Part shown: piece by piece, positions 17,997-26,205 of the stretch
How the letters are laid out: the number at the start of each line of letters is the position of its first letter
How positions within the stretch are numbered: the stretch's first letter is position 1
Assembly: GCA_041862415.1 (NCBI GenBank)
Contig: JBGVTF010000248.1
Coordinates: forward strand, 3,690-67,689
Direction: 5' to 3'
DNA: 64,000 nt
Source: Anaerolineae bacterium
Lineage (GTDB): Bacteria > Chloroflexota > Anaerolineae > E26-bin7
Notes under the pieces: generated by a model
Seen by the model: the letters and a program-made list of their open reading frames with translations, nothing else
Databases searched by the model: none
What the model was told of the DNA's origin: nothing
Made by a program: the position numbers and the translations under genes

Positions 17997-18082
17997 CTGT
18001 AGTAAAAGGTCGAGAGGACCCTCAAAGGCCTCGAGTTTAACCTGGTACGGCGTTTTGGAACCTCCTTGAACGTACCGTAGCT

Positions 18083-18272
18083 GTTACTACTCAGGCTCCC
18101 TGTGATGTGTCATTCCGAGCGAGCGTAGCGAGTCGAGGAATCTCCATTTTGCAATGGCAAGAGTGGCCTCGGCATCGAGGTTCCTCGACTCCCTTCAGTC
18201 GCTGCGCTTCTTTCGGTCCCTTCGGCTTCGCTCAGGGCAGGCTGCTCGGAATGACGGTGGCTGAGTAGTAAC
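18083..18272. repeat. Composite nested-palindrome REP/MITE-like element
   Basis: Outer arms are gttactactcaggc / gctgagtagtaac, middle arms gtcattccgagc / gctcggaatgac, and inner arms gagtcgaggaa / ttcctcgactc. Confidence 0.75.
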
Positions 18273-18451
18273 CCGCAGCCTAATACAATTGACTGGTGGC
18301 AAGGGCTCAGACTCCTTATCCCTTATCCCCCAATTTGACCTGAAGATTATACCTCAAAAGAGAGGGGTTGTCCAAACCCGAGTGAATTCGATTGGAACTT
18401 TTTGTCTCGTCTTGCGTAATGGAAGTAGATGAAATCTAGGAGGTCAAGCAA

Positions 18452-18997
18452 ATGGCGAAGAGGAAAACAAAACCTGTTGAGGAGGCTCAAGGCCTGCCTG
18501 CGCCCAGCGAGGAAAAGCCACAAAGGGCCTTAACCCGGGATGAAATGACGATGGCCGCTTTGGCTCACGCCAGCGTCGTTTTGACTTTCGTTATCGCTCT
18601 GGGCAGTGGGGGATTGGGCTGTCTGTTGGGCCTTTTGGTGCCGCTCCTCATCTGGCTGACTTACAAGGAGAAATCTGCCTACGTCTCTTTTCAGGCTCTC
18701 CAGGCGACAGTCTTTCAAGCAGTGAGCATCCTGGTGATGGTTGTTGTGCTGGTGGTTTCAATTATCCTCATTGTCGGTGGCTGGACGGTCAGTGGCGCGC
18801 TGACGGCCATCCTGATTGGATTGTGCCTGATGCCCTTTGCCGTCTTGATCACCGTGGTCTTTGGCCTGCTGGTGCTGATACTCCCCTTGGCTCAGTTGGG
18901 TTATGGGCTTTACGCTGCCTACGAGACCTATCAGGGACGTGATTTCCGCTACTGGCTGATAGGCGAAACCCTTGAGAAAGAAATGGCCAAGCGCTAG
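18452..18997 (+). CDS. DUF4870-like integral membrane protein
   Basis: MAALAHASVVLTFV...LLIWLTYKEKSAYVSFQALQA matches the DUF4870 pattern as I recall it. It has four TM helices. Confidence 0.6.
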   Translation: MAKRKTKPVEEAQGLPAPSEEKPQRALTRDEMTMAALAHASVVLTFVIALGSGGLGCLLGLLVPLLIWLTYKEKSAYVSFQALQATVFQAVSILVMVVVLVVSIILIVGGWTVSGALTAILIGLCLMPFAVLITVVFGLLVLILPLAQLGYGLYAAYETYQGRDFRYWLIGETLEKEMAKR

Positions 18998-19014
18998 GGC
19001 GAGGATCCCGGTTC

Positions 19015-19192
19015 AGCGTCCTGAGTAGGCCGAAACTGCGTCCTGAGCCGCGTCCTGAGCTTGTCGAAGGGCTTGTCGAAGGCCGTAGTGGAGGCCGTAT
19101 CGAAGGGTGCGGGTTTGCGACAATTCGCCGCTTAAGCCGCACCCCTTTCGACGGGCTCAGGACAGGCTTCGATACGCTACACAACTCAGGAT
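19015..19192. repeat. REP-like repeat cluster (GCGTCCTGAG x3, CTTGTCGAAGG x2, plus inverted partners)
   Basis: Tandem gcgtcctgag and cttgtcgaagg units are present, along with the inverted pairs tcgaagggtgcgg/ccgcacccctttcga and cctgagc/gctcagg. Confidence 0.75.
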
Positions 19193-19299
19193 GCTTTTCG
19201 GCAATCTGTACTAGGGCGACTTCCCGTGCCCCCCACCTTGACCAAATGAACGAAGAGAGGTAAAATGTAGCTGGAAAATAGCTGGAGAAGGTGATAGCT

Positions 19300-19539
19300 A
19301 TGCCTATCTACGAATATTATTGTGACGATTGTGAGTGCAAGTTCGATGTCTTGCGGTCTATGAGCCAGGCCGATGATCCCATAGCCTGTGTCCAGTGTGA
19401 AGGGATGAACACCCATCGTGCTCTCTCCCTCTTCGCCGCCGTGAGCAAGGGTGATGGCGGAGAGACGCGCTCCGTGGCTGGCGCCGGCAGCGGTTGCAGC
19501 TCCTGCGCAGCTACCGGTTGTGCCACCTGCGGACACTGA
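19300..19539 (+). CDS. FmdB-family zinc-ribbon protein
   Basis: Begins MPIYEYYCDDCECKFDV...CVQCEG (CxxC...CxxC) and has a Cys-rich C-terminal tail. Confidence 0.85.
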   Translation: MPIYEYYCDDCECKFDVLRSMSQADDPIACVQCEGMNTHRALSLFAAVSKGDGGETRSVAGAGSGCSSCAATGCATCGH

Positions 19540-19755
19540 GAATAAGTACCAATCAAGGACGATTGAGAAGGGGCGGTAACCTTTTCTCCTGAGGATGCCG
19601 CCCCGTTCCCTTGTCCCGAAAATCACGCGGTCAGCGGCAGATTCCGGTGACCGTTTTCATTAGTATCAGACTCGGGCTCCCATGCTGCTTGTGGTATAAT
19701 CAGCGGAATTGGGAATCTCCCAATCCGGCAGCCCTGAACGCACAGATAGGAGGAT

Positions 19756-20958
19756 ATGAAACGAGTTAATTCCCTGACTACAGCGATTCTTCAGCGAGTC
19801 ATGTCGAAAGCTGGTTTGGCGGTTGTGGCCATCCTGGCGGTCCTGGCCCTGGTTATCTTTGGTCTGGCGAGGGGCCTTCAGCTATCGGATATGTCGTCGC
19901 TCTCATCTACCCCTCGGAGCACGGCTGCCGTCCGTGCGACACCTACAGCAACGTGGACATCTACGCCCACCCGCACACCGACTGCTACTCCATCGCCATC
20001 TCCGACGCCTACTTCTACTCCTACTCCCACTCCCACCCTTGACCTGACAAGCTGCACCATCCTGGGTTGTGGTTATGGTCCGGCCGATCCGGTTCCCACG
20101 GCCGCCGTTGGCCCTGCTCCCTATATCCCAGAGATTCCCCCCGCCCGGCGGGTGTGCCAGACCTGTCATGGGGGCGAACCGGTGGACAGCTCTCAGTTCC
20201 TCAGCCTGACCGATGTGGACGGAGCGACGATGCAGCAATTGCGGGATGCTGCCTGGTCGCAGCGGGCCTATCAGATTGCACCGGGTGTCGCCTATTTTGT
20301 CTACGACAGCGTCCACCACGTCGTCGTTGATCTACAAGAGCCGGGGATCGTCCTGCAAAACATCGTCCCACAGCGCGGCGAGAGAGGCACGTTGTTCACC
20401 CCCTCCTGCTGTGTGGCTCCCGATGCTTTAGTGATCACCGACGCCGACTATCACGGGCTGGACGGGTCAAACAAGGCCGACGGTCGGGAGTATTTCTTCC
20501 ACCAGGGACGGGCGGCGCTGTTCGTGCGCGGTGGCCGGTACGACATCGGAGTGATTCGCACCCACGAGGAGTACGAGCCAGTTACCACCTCGTGGGGAGG
20601 CGGGCCGATTTTCATCTGGGACGGGGAGTACAGTTTTAACCCCTTTGACGAGTGGTTCCATCCCGATATCCTGGAGTATTACCGCACCAGCCCCTGGGCC
20701 AAGCTGACGGCATCGGTGTCGGAGGACCGCAAGTACCTGGTGCTGTCCGCTTCCTATGGCCTGAAGCTGAAGGAGCACGCTGGAAACATCATCGCACTGG
20801 GCCGGCTGTGGGGCATCAAAATAGACCGGGCTGTGCGCTTTGATGGTGCCGAGAGTGCTTACCTGGGGTTGCGCATCGGACCTCACTTTGTCAGTGCGCT
20901 CGACATGCCGGAACCAAAGATCGTTAACTGCTTGGTGATACGGCGGCGGGGGGACTAA
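19756..20958 (+). CDS. Membrane-anchored protein with Pro/Thr linker, possibly a phosphodiester glycosidase-like (DUF2233) C-terminal domain
   Basis: A TM helix and PT linker are followed by a C-terminal region containing GGPIFIWDGEY and AVRFDGAESAYLGL, which is reminiscent of DUF2233. The domain assignment is from memory only. Confidence 0.4.
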   Translation: MKRVNSLTTAILQRVMSKAGLAVVAILAVLALVIFGLARGLQLSDMSSLSSTPRSTAAVRATPTATWTSTPTRTPTATPSPSPTPTSTPTPTPTLDLTSCTILGCGYGPADPVPTAAVGPAPYIPEIPPARRVCQTCHGGEPVDSSQFLSLTDVDGATMQQLRDAAWSQRAYQIAPGVAYFVYDSVHHVVVDLQEPGIVLQNIVPQRGERGTLFTPSCCVAPDALVITDADYHGLDGSNKADGREYFFHQGRAALFVRGGRYDIGVIRTHEEYEPVTTSWGGGPIFIWDGEYSFNPFDEWFHPDILEYYRTSPWAKLTASVSEDRKYLVLSASYGLKLKEHAGNIIALGRLWGIKIDRAVRFDGAESAYLGLRIGPHFVSALDMPEPKIVNCLVIRRRGD

Positions 20959-21006
20959 GCATCGCAGCCGGTAGCCCATGTGAGAGGTGAACGCATTAGG
21001 CATAGA

Positions 21007-21046
21007 AGGCCGACCTTTTCCGCAGGTTAGGAGGAGGTCGGCTTTT
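21007..21046 (+). terminator. Possible terminator after 19756..20958
   Basis: Stem GCCGACC/GGTCGGC (21009-21015 / 21036-21042) is followed by TTTT. The 20-nt loop is large, so confidence is low. Confidence 0.35.
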
Positions 21047-21069
21047 GGTGTCTTTGGATGAACCTTCAG

Positions 21070-21098
21070 TTGACAAGTGGGGATAATTATGCTATAGT
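21070..21098 (+). promoter_or_regulatory. Consensus promoter heading the ArsR cluster, embedded in AT-rich candidate operator DNA
   Basis: TTGACA (21070-21075), a 17-nt spacer, then TATAGT (21093-21098). The adjacent AT-rich ataattatgctatagttatattcgattattctaataag is atypical for this GC-rich genome. Confidence 0.7.
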
Positions 21099-21141
21099 TA
21101 TATTCGATTATTCTAATAAGGTTGCGAAGGGACGGTGGGAC

Positions 21142-21474
21142 ATGGAAACTCGTGCTTACAAGTGGCAGGCCAGAATGGCCAAAGCGCTGGCCCACCCCAC
21201 GCGCATCGCCATCCTGGAGATATTGCGTCGCGGGGAGATATGCGTCTGCGAGATGAGCCCCGAGTTGGGGGCCAGCCAGGCCAATGTCTCCCAGCACCTG
21301 GCTGTCCTGCGCGACAGCCACCTGGTGGCCGCGCAGCGCGAGGGCGCGCGGATGGTGTACCGTGTGACCGACGAGCGGGTGTTCCGAGTGCTGGACCTGA
21401 TGGGCTCCATCGCTCACAACCAGTTAGATGCGGCTCGCCAGGACCTTGCTGCCCTGGAAAGCGTTGCCGCTTGA
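21142..21474 (+). CDS. arsR: ArsR/SmtB-family metalloregulator with CVC motif
   Basis: LAHPTRIAILEILRRGEICVCEMSPELGASQANVSQHLAVLRDSHLV is a wHTH with the ELCVCDL-like type-1 As(III)/Sb(III) site. ATG 21142 is chosen over the longer track ORF. Confidence 0.88.
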   Translation: METRAYKWQARMAKALAHPTRIAILEILRRGEICVCEMSPELGASQANVSQHLAVLRDSHLVAAQREGARMVYRVTDERVFRVLDLMGSIAHNQLDAARQDLAALESVAA

Positions 21475-21483
21475 TAAATTAGC

Positions 21484-21551
21484 CATCAGCTATCAGCAAT
21501 CAGTCGTCAGCGATTAGACTGGTGCTGAAAGCTGACTGCTGATAGCTGAAT
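21484..21551. repeat. Inverted ATCAGC-type repeat (hairpin) after arsR
   Basis: atcagctatcagc (21485-) pairs with gctgatagctga (21538-). It belongs to the same motif family as 10533-10628. Confidence 0.6.
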
Positions 21552-21716
21552 GATTACTATTCGAGTAAACTTTCAACTGGAGGCAACCCAACAATGTCCA
21601 TTGCAGAATGGTTATTCCTGTTGTTCCAGTCAGGCTGGGTGAGCCTGCTGAACTAGTGGCCGCCCACGTGCTGTTGTGTCTGGTGCTGACCATCGCCGAT
21701 TGAAAAGGAGATTCAG

Positions 21717-21908
21717 GTGACTGAAGAGAAACAATGTAGTTGTATGAGGAACCCGTTTGCTGCTCTGCCGCCAGAAATGCAGCCCAAGCCCCAGAAGAAA
21801 AGTTCGCTGCGCAAAACGACCTGTCCTGGCTGTGGCCGCGAGTATTGGACTAATCGAAGCACTGACCTCTGTTTTGACTGCGAAAAGAAAGGCGTGAAAA
21901 CGCCGTAG
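21717..21908 (+). CDS. Small Cys-rich zinc-ribbon protein (63 aa)
   Basis: GTG start follows AAAGGAG. Contains CSC near the N-terminus and CPGCGREYWTNRSTDLCFDC. Confidence 0.55.
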   Translation: MTEEKQCSCMRNPFAALPPEMQPKPQKKSSLRKTTCPGCGREYWTNRSTDLCFDCEKKGVKTP

Positions 21909-21936
21909 TGCATCATGGCCGAGAGGGGAAGAAAGT

Positions 21937-23343
21937 TTGTCTGGCTCTTATGATCTTGTAATCCTGGGCGCAGGACCGGGCGGTTATGTGGCCGCGCTGC
22001 AGGCCGCCCAGCTCGATGCGCGCGTGGCTCTCGTCGAGAAAGATCGCGTAGGTGGGACGTGCCTGAACATCGGCTGCATCCCAACCAAGGCGCTGACGAC
22101 CTCTATGGATCTGTTCCTCAAGGCACGCCAGGCCAGCGAGTTCGGCGTGTCCATCCCGGACGCCCGACTTGACCTGCCGGCGCTGATGGTCTACAAACAG
22201 GCCGCTGTCAACAGGCTGGTGAACGGTGTGGAAGAACTGCTGAAGGAGCGCAAGGTCACGCTGGTGCGGGGTGAAGGTCACCTTGTCCGCCCGGACACGC
22301 TGCGCGTCACAGACGCTGCGGGGACTGCCGTAGAGATTTCAGCCCGGCACGTGGTCCTTGCGCCCGGTTCCGTCACGGCCCGACCGCCCATCCCTGGCCT
22401 GGATTTGCCAGGGGTGATGACCAGCACGGAGGCATTGGACATCACCGATGTCCCGGCACACCTGATCGTCATCGGTGGGGGCGTGATCGGGCTGGAATTT
22501 GCCTGCATTTACGAGGCGCTGGGCAGCCAGGTGACCGTCCTTGAGATGATGCCCACGCTGTTGCCCGGGGGGACAGATGAGGCGCTGGCCAAACGGCTGG
22601 CACTCCTCCTGCGGCGGCGTGGGCTGGCCATCCACACGGGCGCAACGGTGCAGGCTGTTGAACCGGCCGAAAATGGGTTGTGCGTTTCCTTTGACAAGGC
22701 CAAAGGTGAAGACTCTGTCGAAGGCGAGCGCGTCCTGGTGGCGATGGGCCGCTGGCCCAATACCGGTGACCTCGGGCTGGCCGAACTCGGCGTGAGAATG
22801 AATGGCCGCGCCATCGCTGTAGACGAGTACTTGAAGACAAACCTCCCCAATGTATGGGCCATCGGCGATGCGGTCGGTGGGATGATGTTGGCGCACAAGG
22901 CGATGGTTGATGGCCGTGTGGTGGCCGAGAACGTGACCGGTGGCCAGCGCGCGGTGGACTATCGCTCGGTGCCCAACGTAATCTTCGCCCGCCCCGAAGT
23001 CGCCAGTGTCGGCCTGACCGAAGCCCAAGCTCGCGCCCAGGGAGCGGACGTAAAAGTCACCAAGTTCCCGTTTTCGGCCAACCCGCGAGCCCAGACTCTG
23101 GGCGAGGCCGAAGGGCTGGTCAAACTGGTGTGTGAGGCCGGCAGCGGGCGCCTGCTGGGCGTCCACCTGATGGGGCCGCACGCCACCGACCTGATCGCTG
23201 AAGGCGCGCTGGCGGTGCAGGTGGGCGCTACGGCAGATGACCTGGCCTGGACCACGCACGCCCACCCGACCCTGCCAGAAGCTGTGCTGGAAGCCGCCCT
23301 CGGCTTCCGCGGCGCAATGATTCATTTTCACTCTCAGAGATAA
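21937..23343 (+). CDS. lpd: Dihydrolipoyl dehydrogenase (E3-type pyridine nucleotide-disulfide oxidoreductase)
   Basis: Contains the FAD motif GAGPGGY, the redox disulfide GGTCLNIGCIPTK and the C-terminal HAHPTLPEA His-Glu dyad. There is no MerA-type C-terminal CC. Confidence 0.92.
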   Translation: MSGSYDLVILGAGPGGYVAALQAAQLDARVALVEKDRVGGTCLNIGCIPTKALTTSMDLFLKARQASEFGVSIPDARLDLPALMVYKQAAVNRLVNGVEELLKERKVTLVRGEGHLVRPDTLRVTDAAGTAVEISARHVVLAPGSVTARPPIPGLDLPGVMTSTEALDITDVPAHLIVIGGGVIGLEFACIYEALGSQVTVLEMMPTLLPGGTDEALAKRLALLLRRRGLAIHTGATVQAVEPAENGLCVSFDKAKGEDSVEGERVLVAMGRWPNTGDLGLAELGVRMNGRAIAVDEYLKTNLPNVWAIGDAVGGMMLAHKAMVDGRVVAENVTGGQRAVDYRSVPNVIFARPEVASVGLTEAQARAQGADVKVTKFPFSANPRAQTLGEAEGLVKLVCEAGSGRLLGVHLMGPHATDLIAEGALAVQVGATADDLAWTTHAHPTLPEAVLEAALGFRGAMIHFHSQR

Positions 23344-23353
23344 GGAGACGATC

Positions 23354-23803
23354 ATGCCTGAGTTTCTTGAACTTACTGTAGACAAATTCACTTTCAGGAC
23401 CGCTACCGACCGGTACTACAACAGCGAAGGAGTGTGGGCGCTGGCCGAAAGCAACCGCGTTCGGATCGGCCTTTCGGACTTTTTGCAGCAAAGGAGCGGC
23501 GACGTAGCCTTCGCCGAGGTCAAGCCGGAAGGAACGGTGCTGGCTTTCGGTGACGAGGTGGCGGTGATCGAGACAATAAAAGCTGACGTTAGCCTGCCCT
23601 CACCGGTGGCCGGCAGGGTGGCCGAAGTTAACCCGGCCATGGATATGACGCCGGAGGCAATCAACCAGGACCCGTACGGCGAGGGCTGGCTGGCCGTGAT
23701 CGAGGCCAAGGATTGGGAATCCGACCGCGCCCGCCTGCTCGACCCGCAGGGCTATTTTGCCCTGGTGCAGGAACAGGCCGAGGAGGAGATGAAGAAGCTA
23801 TGA
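23354..23803 (+). CDS. gcvH: Glycine-cleavage H-like lipoyl carrier protein
   Basis: AAGGAG RBS. The lipoyl-lysine context VAVIETIKADVSLPSPVAGRV and the motif DPYGEGWL are present. No gcvT or gcvP lies nearby. Confidence 0.85.
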   Translation: MPEFLELTVDKFTFRTATDRYYNSEGVWALAESNRVRIGLSDFLQQRSGDVAFAEVKPEGTVLAFGDEVAVIETIKADVSLPSPVAGRVAEVNPAMDMTPEAINQDPYGEGWLAVIEAKDWESDRARLLDPQGYFALVQEQAEEEMKKL

Positions 23804-24222
23804 ATGATCGTAGACGAAAAGTCGTGATCGTGCCGTGCAGCGGCATCGGAAAAACCTACGGCACCGTGAGCCGCGAGGCGGCCTACGAGGTGACCGAGGA
23901 CATGCGCCCTGCCGACACGCAACTGGTGGCACTTTCCCTCCTGGTGTTGGGCGACGAGGAGGCGCGTGCGGCGGTGGCCGGGAACCCGGCGGTGACGATT
24001 GACGGCTGCAAGCTGGCCTGCGCGACCAAGATGGTGGAAGAGAGCGGCGGGACGGTGGCACAGGATTTGGCCGTGCTCGACGCTTACCGCCGCCATCGCC
24101 AGTTCAAGCCGCAGGGCATTGCCGAACTCAACGAGGGCGGGCAGAAACTGGCCCACGCGCTGGCGGAAGAAGTCGCCGCCGTCGTGGACAACCTTTCCGA
24201 AAATGGAGGAAAAGATGCCTGA
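23800..24222 (+). CDS. DGC-domain (putative zinc-binding) protein
   Basis: The start overlaps the gcvH stop (ATGA). Contains VVIVPCSGIGKTYG and TIDGCKLACA, the motif that names the DGC domain. Confidence 0.75.
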   Translation: MNDRRRKVVIVPCSGIGKTYGTVSREAAYEVTEDMRPADTQLVALSLLVLGDEEARAAVAGNPAVTIDGCKLACATKMVEESGGTVAQDLAVLDAYRRHRQFKPQGIAELNEGGQKLAHALAEEVAAVVDNLSENGGKDA

Positions 24223-24958
24223 TCTACCCAAGAAGAAAGTGGGAATCATAGCCTGTTCTGGTGAGGAGTTGCCGGAGGGCACTGTGACGCGAGTGGCCGC
24301 GTTGAAAGTCTTGGAGCAACTGCGCCCCGCCGACACGGTGACCATCTGCCTGCCGCTCTTTCTGGCCGGCGGGGAAGGGGATCGCGCTTTTGCTCGCTTC
24401 TATCCGACCGTTGCCGTGGACGGTTGCGACAAACGGTGCGCCGCCCGTGCTACCGAAATGTATTCCGGCAAACCGGCTGCCAGCGTCGTGGTGAGCGATC
24501 TGGTGGCCGAAAACGGGCTAGGGCGGATCGAGGGCAGCCGCACGTTGAACGAGGCCGGGCGAAAGGCCGCTGAGATCACGGCAGAACGGGTGGCGGGGCT
24601 AGTGGATGTGCTTCTGGGCAAACCGGCGGGCCGGTCCGCCGAGGCAGTCGTCGTGGAACCGGCCGAGGTGTCAGAACCGGAGGAAGAGGAGGCGGTGGTG
24701 GCCACCTGTGAGTGCGGGTCGGGCATCCCGGTGCAGAAGGTGGCCGTGAGCGGGCGGGTGGTCACGTTGATCGCCCTGCCGGCCATCTTCGAGCAGTTCC
24801 ACCAGGCCGGCAAACCGCCCGGTGACGGCACGGCACACGAGTTGCTGGAGGTGGTCAAGATCTACAACCCTATTCCTGGCGAAGAGGAGGAAGCGTACGC
24901 CAAGGCACTGCTGCGTGAATACGAGGCTTTCTACGAGAAACAGGAGGTCCCGGCATGA
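24215..24958 (+). CDS. DGC-domain protein fused to a C-terminal CxC module shared with 36030..36323
   Basis: Contains VGIIACSGEELPEG and VAVDGCDKRCA, then an acidic linker, then ATCECGSGIPVQKVAVSGRVVTLIALPAIFEQF...YAKALLREYEAFY. Confidence 0.75.
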   Translation: MPDLPKKKVGIIACSGEELPEGTVTRVAALKVLEQLRPADTVTICLPLFLAGGEGDRAFARFYPTVAVDGCDKRCAARATEMYSGKPAASVVVSDLVAENGLGRIEGSRTLNEAGRKAAEITAERVAGLVDVLLGKPAGRSAEAVVVEPAEVSEPEEEEAVVATCECGSGIPVQKVAVSGRVVTLIALPAIFEQFHQAGKPPGDGTAHELLEVVKIYNPIPGEEEEAYAKALLREYEAFYEKQEVPA

Positions 24959-25404
24959 GCCGCACCGCAACTTACCACACGACTGTCTCGTGGAAGGGGG
25001 AGCACTGGGGGCACATCGCCATGGGCAACGGTCCGGAGATGGATTTCTCCGCCCCGCCCGACGCCCAGGGCTACCCTGGCGTGCTGACCCCCGAAGACGC
25101 CTTCGTGGCCGCGGTCAACACTTGCATCATGATGATGTTCATCTGGGCCACGGAGCGGTTCAAGCTCAACCTGGTATCGTACACATGCCGTGCTGAGGGC
25201 ACCAAGTTGATCGAACTGGACCGGACGGAGATCTTTACCGACGTCCGCCTCTGGCCGGTTATCCAGGTTGCAGCGGGGGAGGAAGATCCAGCCGTCGTCG
25301 AAGCGCGTGTGCGTCGCGCCCTACAGGGAGCACAAAAGTACAGTCTGGTCGCTAATTCGATCAAGTCGGAGATCGTGGTCGAGCCGACGATCGAAGTGAA
25401 GTGA
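24955..25404 (+). CDS. OsmC/Ohr-family peroxiredoxin-like protein
   Basis: ATGA overlap with the upstream gene. Size and the motifs TPEDAFVAAVNTCIMMMF and AQKYSLVANSIK fit the OsmC fold. Confidence 0.7.
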   Translation: MSRTATYHTTVSWKGEHWGHIAMGNGPEMDFSAPPDAQGYPGVLTPEDAFVAAVNTCIMMMFIWATERFKLNLVSYTCRAEGTKLIELDRTEIFTDVRLWPVIQVAAGEEDPAVVEARVRRALQGAQKYSLVANSIKSEIVVEPTIEVK

Positions 25405-25433
25405 AAATCAATTCTATGATTAGGAGGCGTAAA

Positions 25434-25715
25434 TTGGCACTTAACATCAAGGTTCTGGGACCGGGGTGCATCAATTGTGAACGAGTTTCCCAAGTAGTGG
25501 TAGCTACTCTGGAGGAACTGGAAGCAGAGTTGGGCGATGATTGCCCCGAGGCTACCTTGCAACACGTTACCGACTTTGCTGAATTTGTGAGGTATGGCTT
25601 GATGTTCACGCCGGGACTGGTGGTCAACGAGAAGTTAGTCTGTGCCGGCCGCATCCCCACGCAAGCCGAGGTCCGGCAGTGGCTGACCTCAGCCGTGGCC
25701 GAAATCGAAGCCTGA
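25434..25715 (+). CDS. Thioredoxin_3-type small redox-active disulfide protein
   Basis: TTG 25434 lies 6 nt after AGGAGG, and an in-frame ATG at 25416 lacks an RBS. Contains NIKVLGPGCINCERV (CxxC) and GLMFTPGLVVNEKLVCAGRIP. Confidence 0.8.
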   Translation: MALNIKVLGPGCINCERVSQVVVATLEELEAELGDDCPEATLQHVTDFAEFVRYGLMFTPGLVVNEKLVCAGRIPTQAEVRQWLTSAVAEIEA

Positions 25716-25938
25716 AGGGTACAGGACACCGGGGGCAGCCGGGAAAGCGGGGAGAGCACAGTTGTCTTTGGTCTGTCCTGAGGACGCCATCAGCTTCCCG
25801 CCTAAGGAGCAGATCGTGGCTCTGGTCAAGGAACTGAGGGCGAAATACGTATCTGGATAAACGATGTGCCCCTGCCAGGTAAGCCCAGGGTTGGTAGTGG
25901 GTTCACCTGGTGGGGGCCGTCGCTGTGGGAGGTAAGCT

Positions 25939-26205
25939 ATGGACATCAAGGTGTTGGGGGATGGCTGCTATGGCTGCTTGCAGCTCGAGCTGCTGGTGGG
26001 TCAGGTGCTGGACGAGCTGGGACTCCCGACCTCGCTCCAGCGGGTAAGTGACCGCAAGGAGATGGATCGCTACCTGTTGAGCGAGCCGCCGGGCTTGGTC
26101 ATCAACGGCCAGTTGGTGATCGAGCGACGCCTGCCAACCAAAGAAGAACTGCATCGCTGGATCATGGACGCCCTAAGCTGGGAAGGACGTGTATGGGCGA
26201 CGTGA
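25939..26205 (+). CDS. Second thioredoxin_3-type small redox protein
   Basis: GGGAGG RBS. Contains MDIKVLGDGCYGCLQL (CxxC) and PPGLVINGQLV. Confidence 0.8.
   Translation: MDIKVLGDGCYGCLQLELLVGQVLDELGLPTSLQRVSDRKEMDRYLLSEPPGLVINGQLVIERRLPTKEELHRWIMDALSWEGRVWAT

Noticed and set aside
21594-21716. Two mini-ORFs (MSIAEWLFLLFQSGWVSLLN*, VAAHVLLCLVLTIAD*) that might be remnants of an ArsP/DUF318-type permease
   Set aside because: They are too short and too hydrophobic-generic to assign. No alignment is possible by eye.
25762-25860. Ferredoxin-like remnant (…LVCPEDAISFPPKEQIVALVKELRAKYVSG*) between the two thioredoxin-like genes
   Set aside because: There is no ATG or RBS and at most ~32 codons from a TTG. 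A single CPxxAI-like motif is insufficient. It may be debris of a lost gene, but that is not demonstrable.
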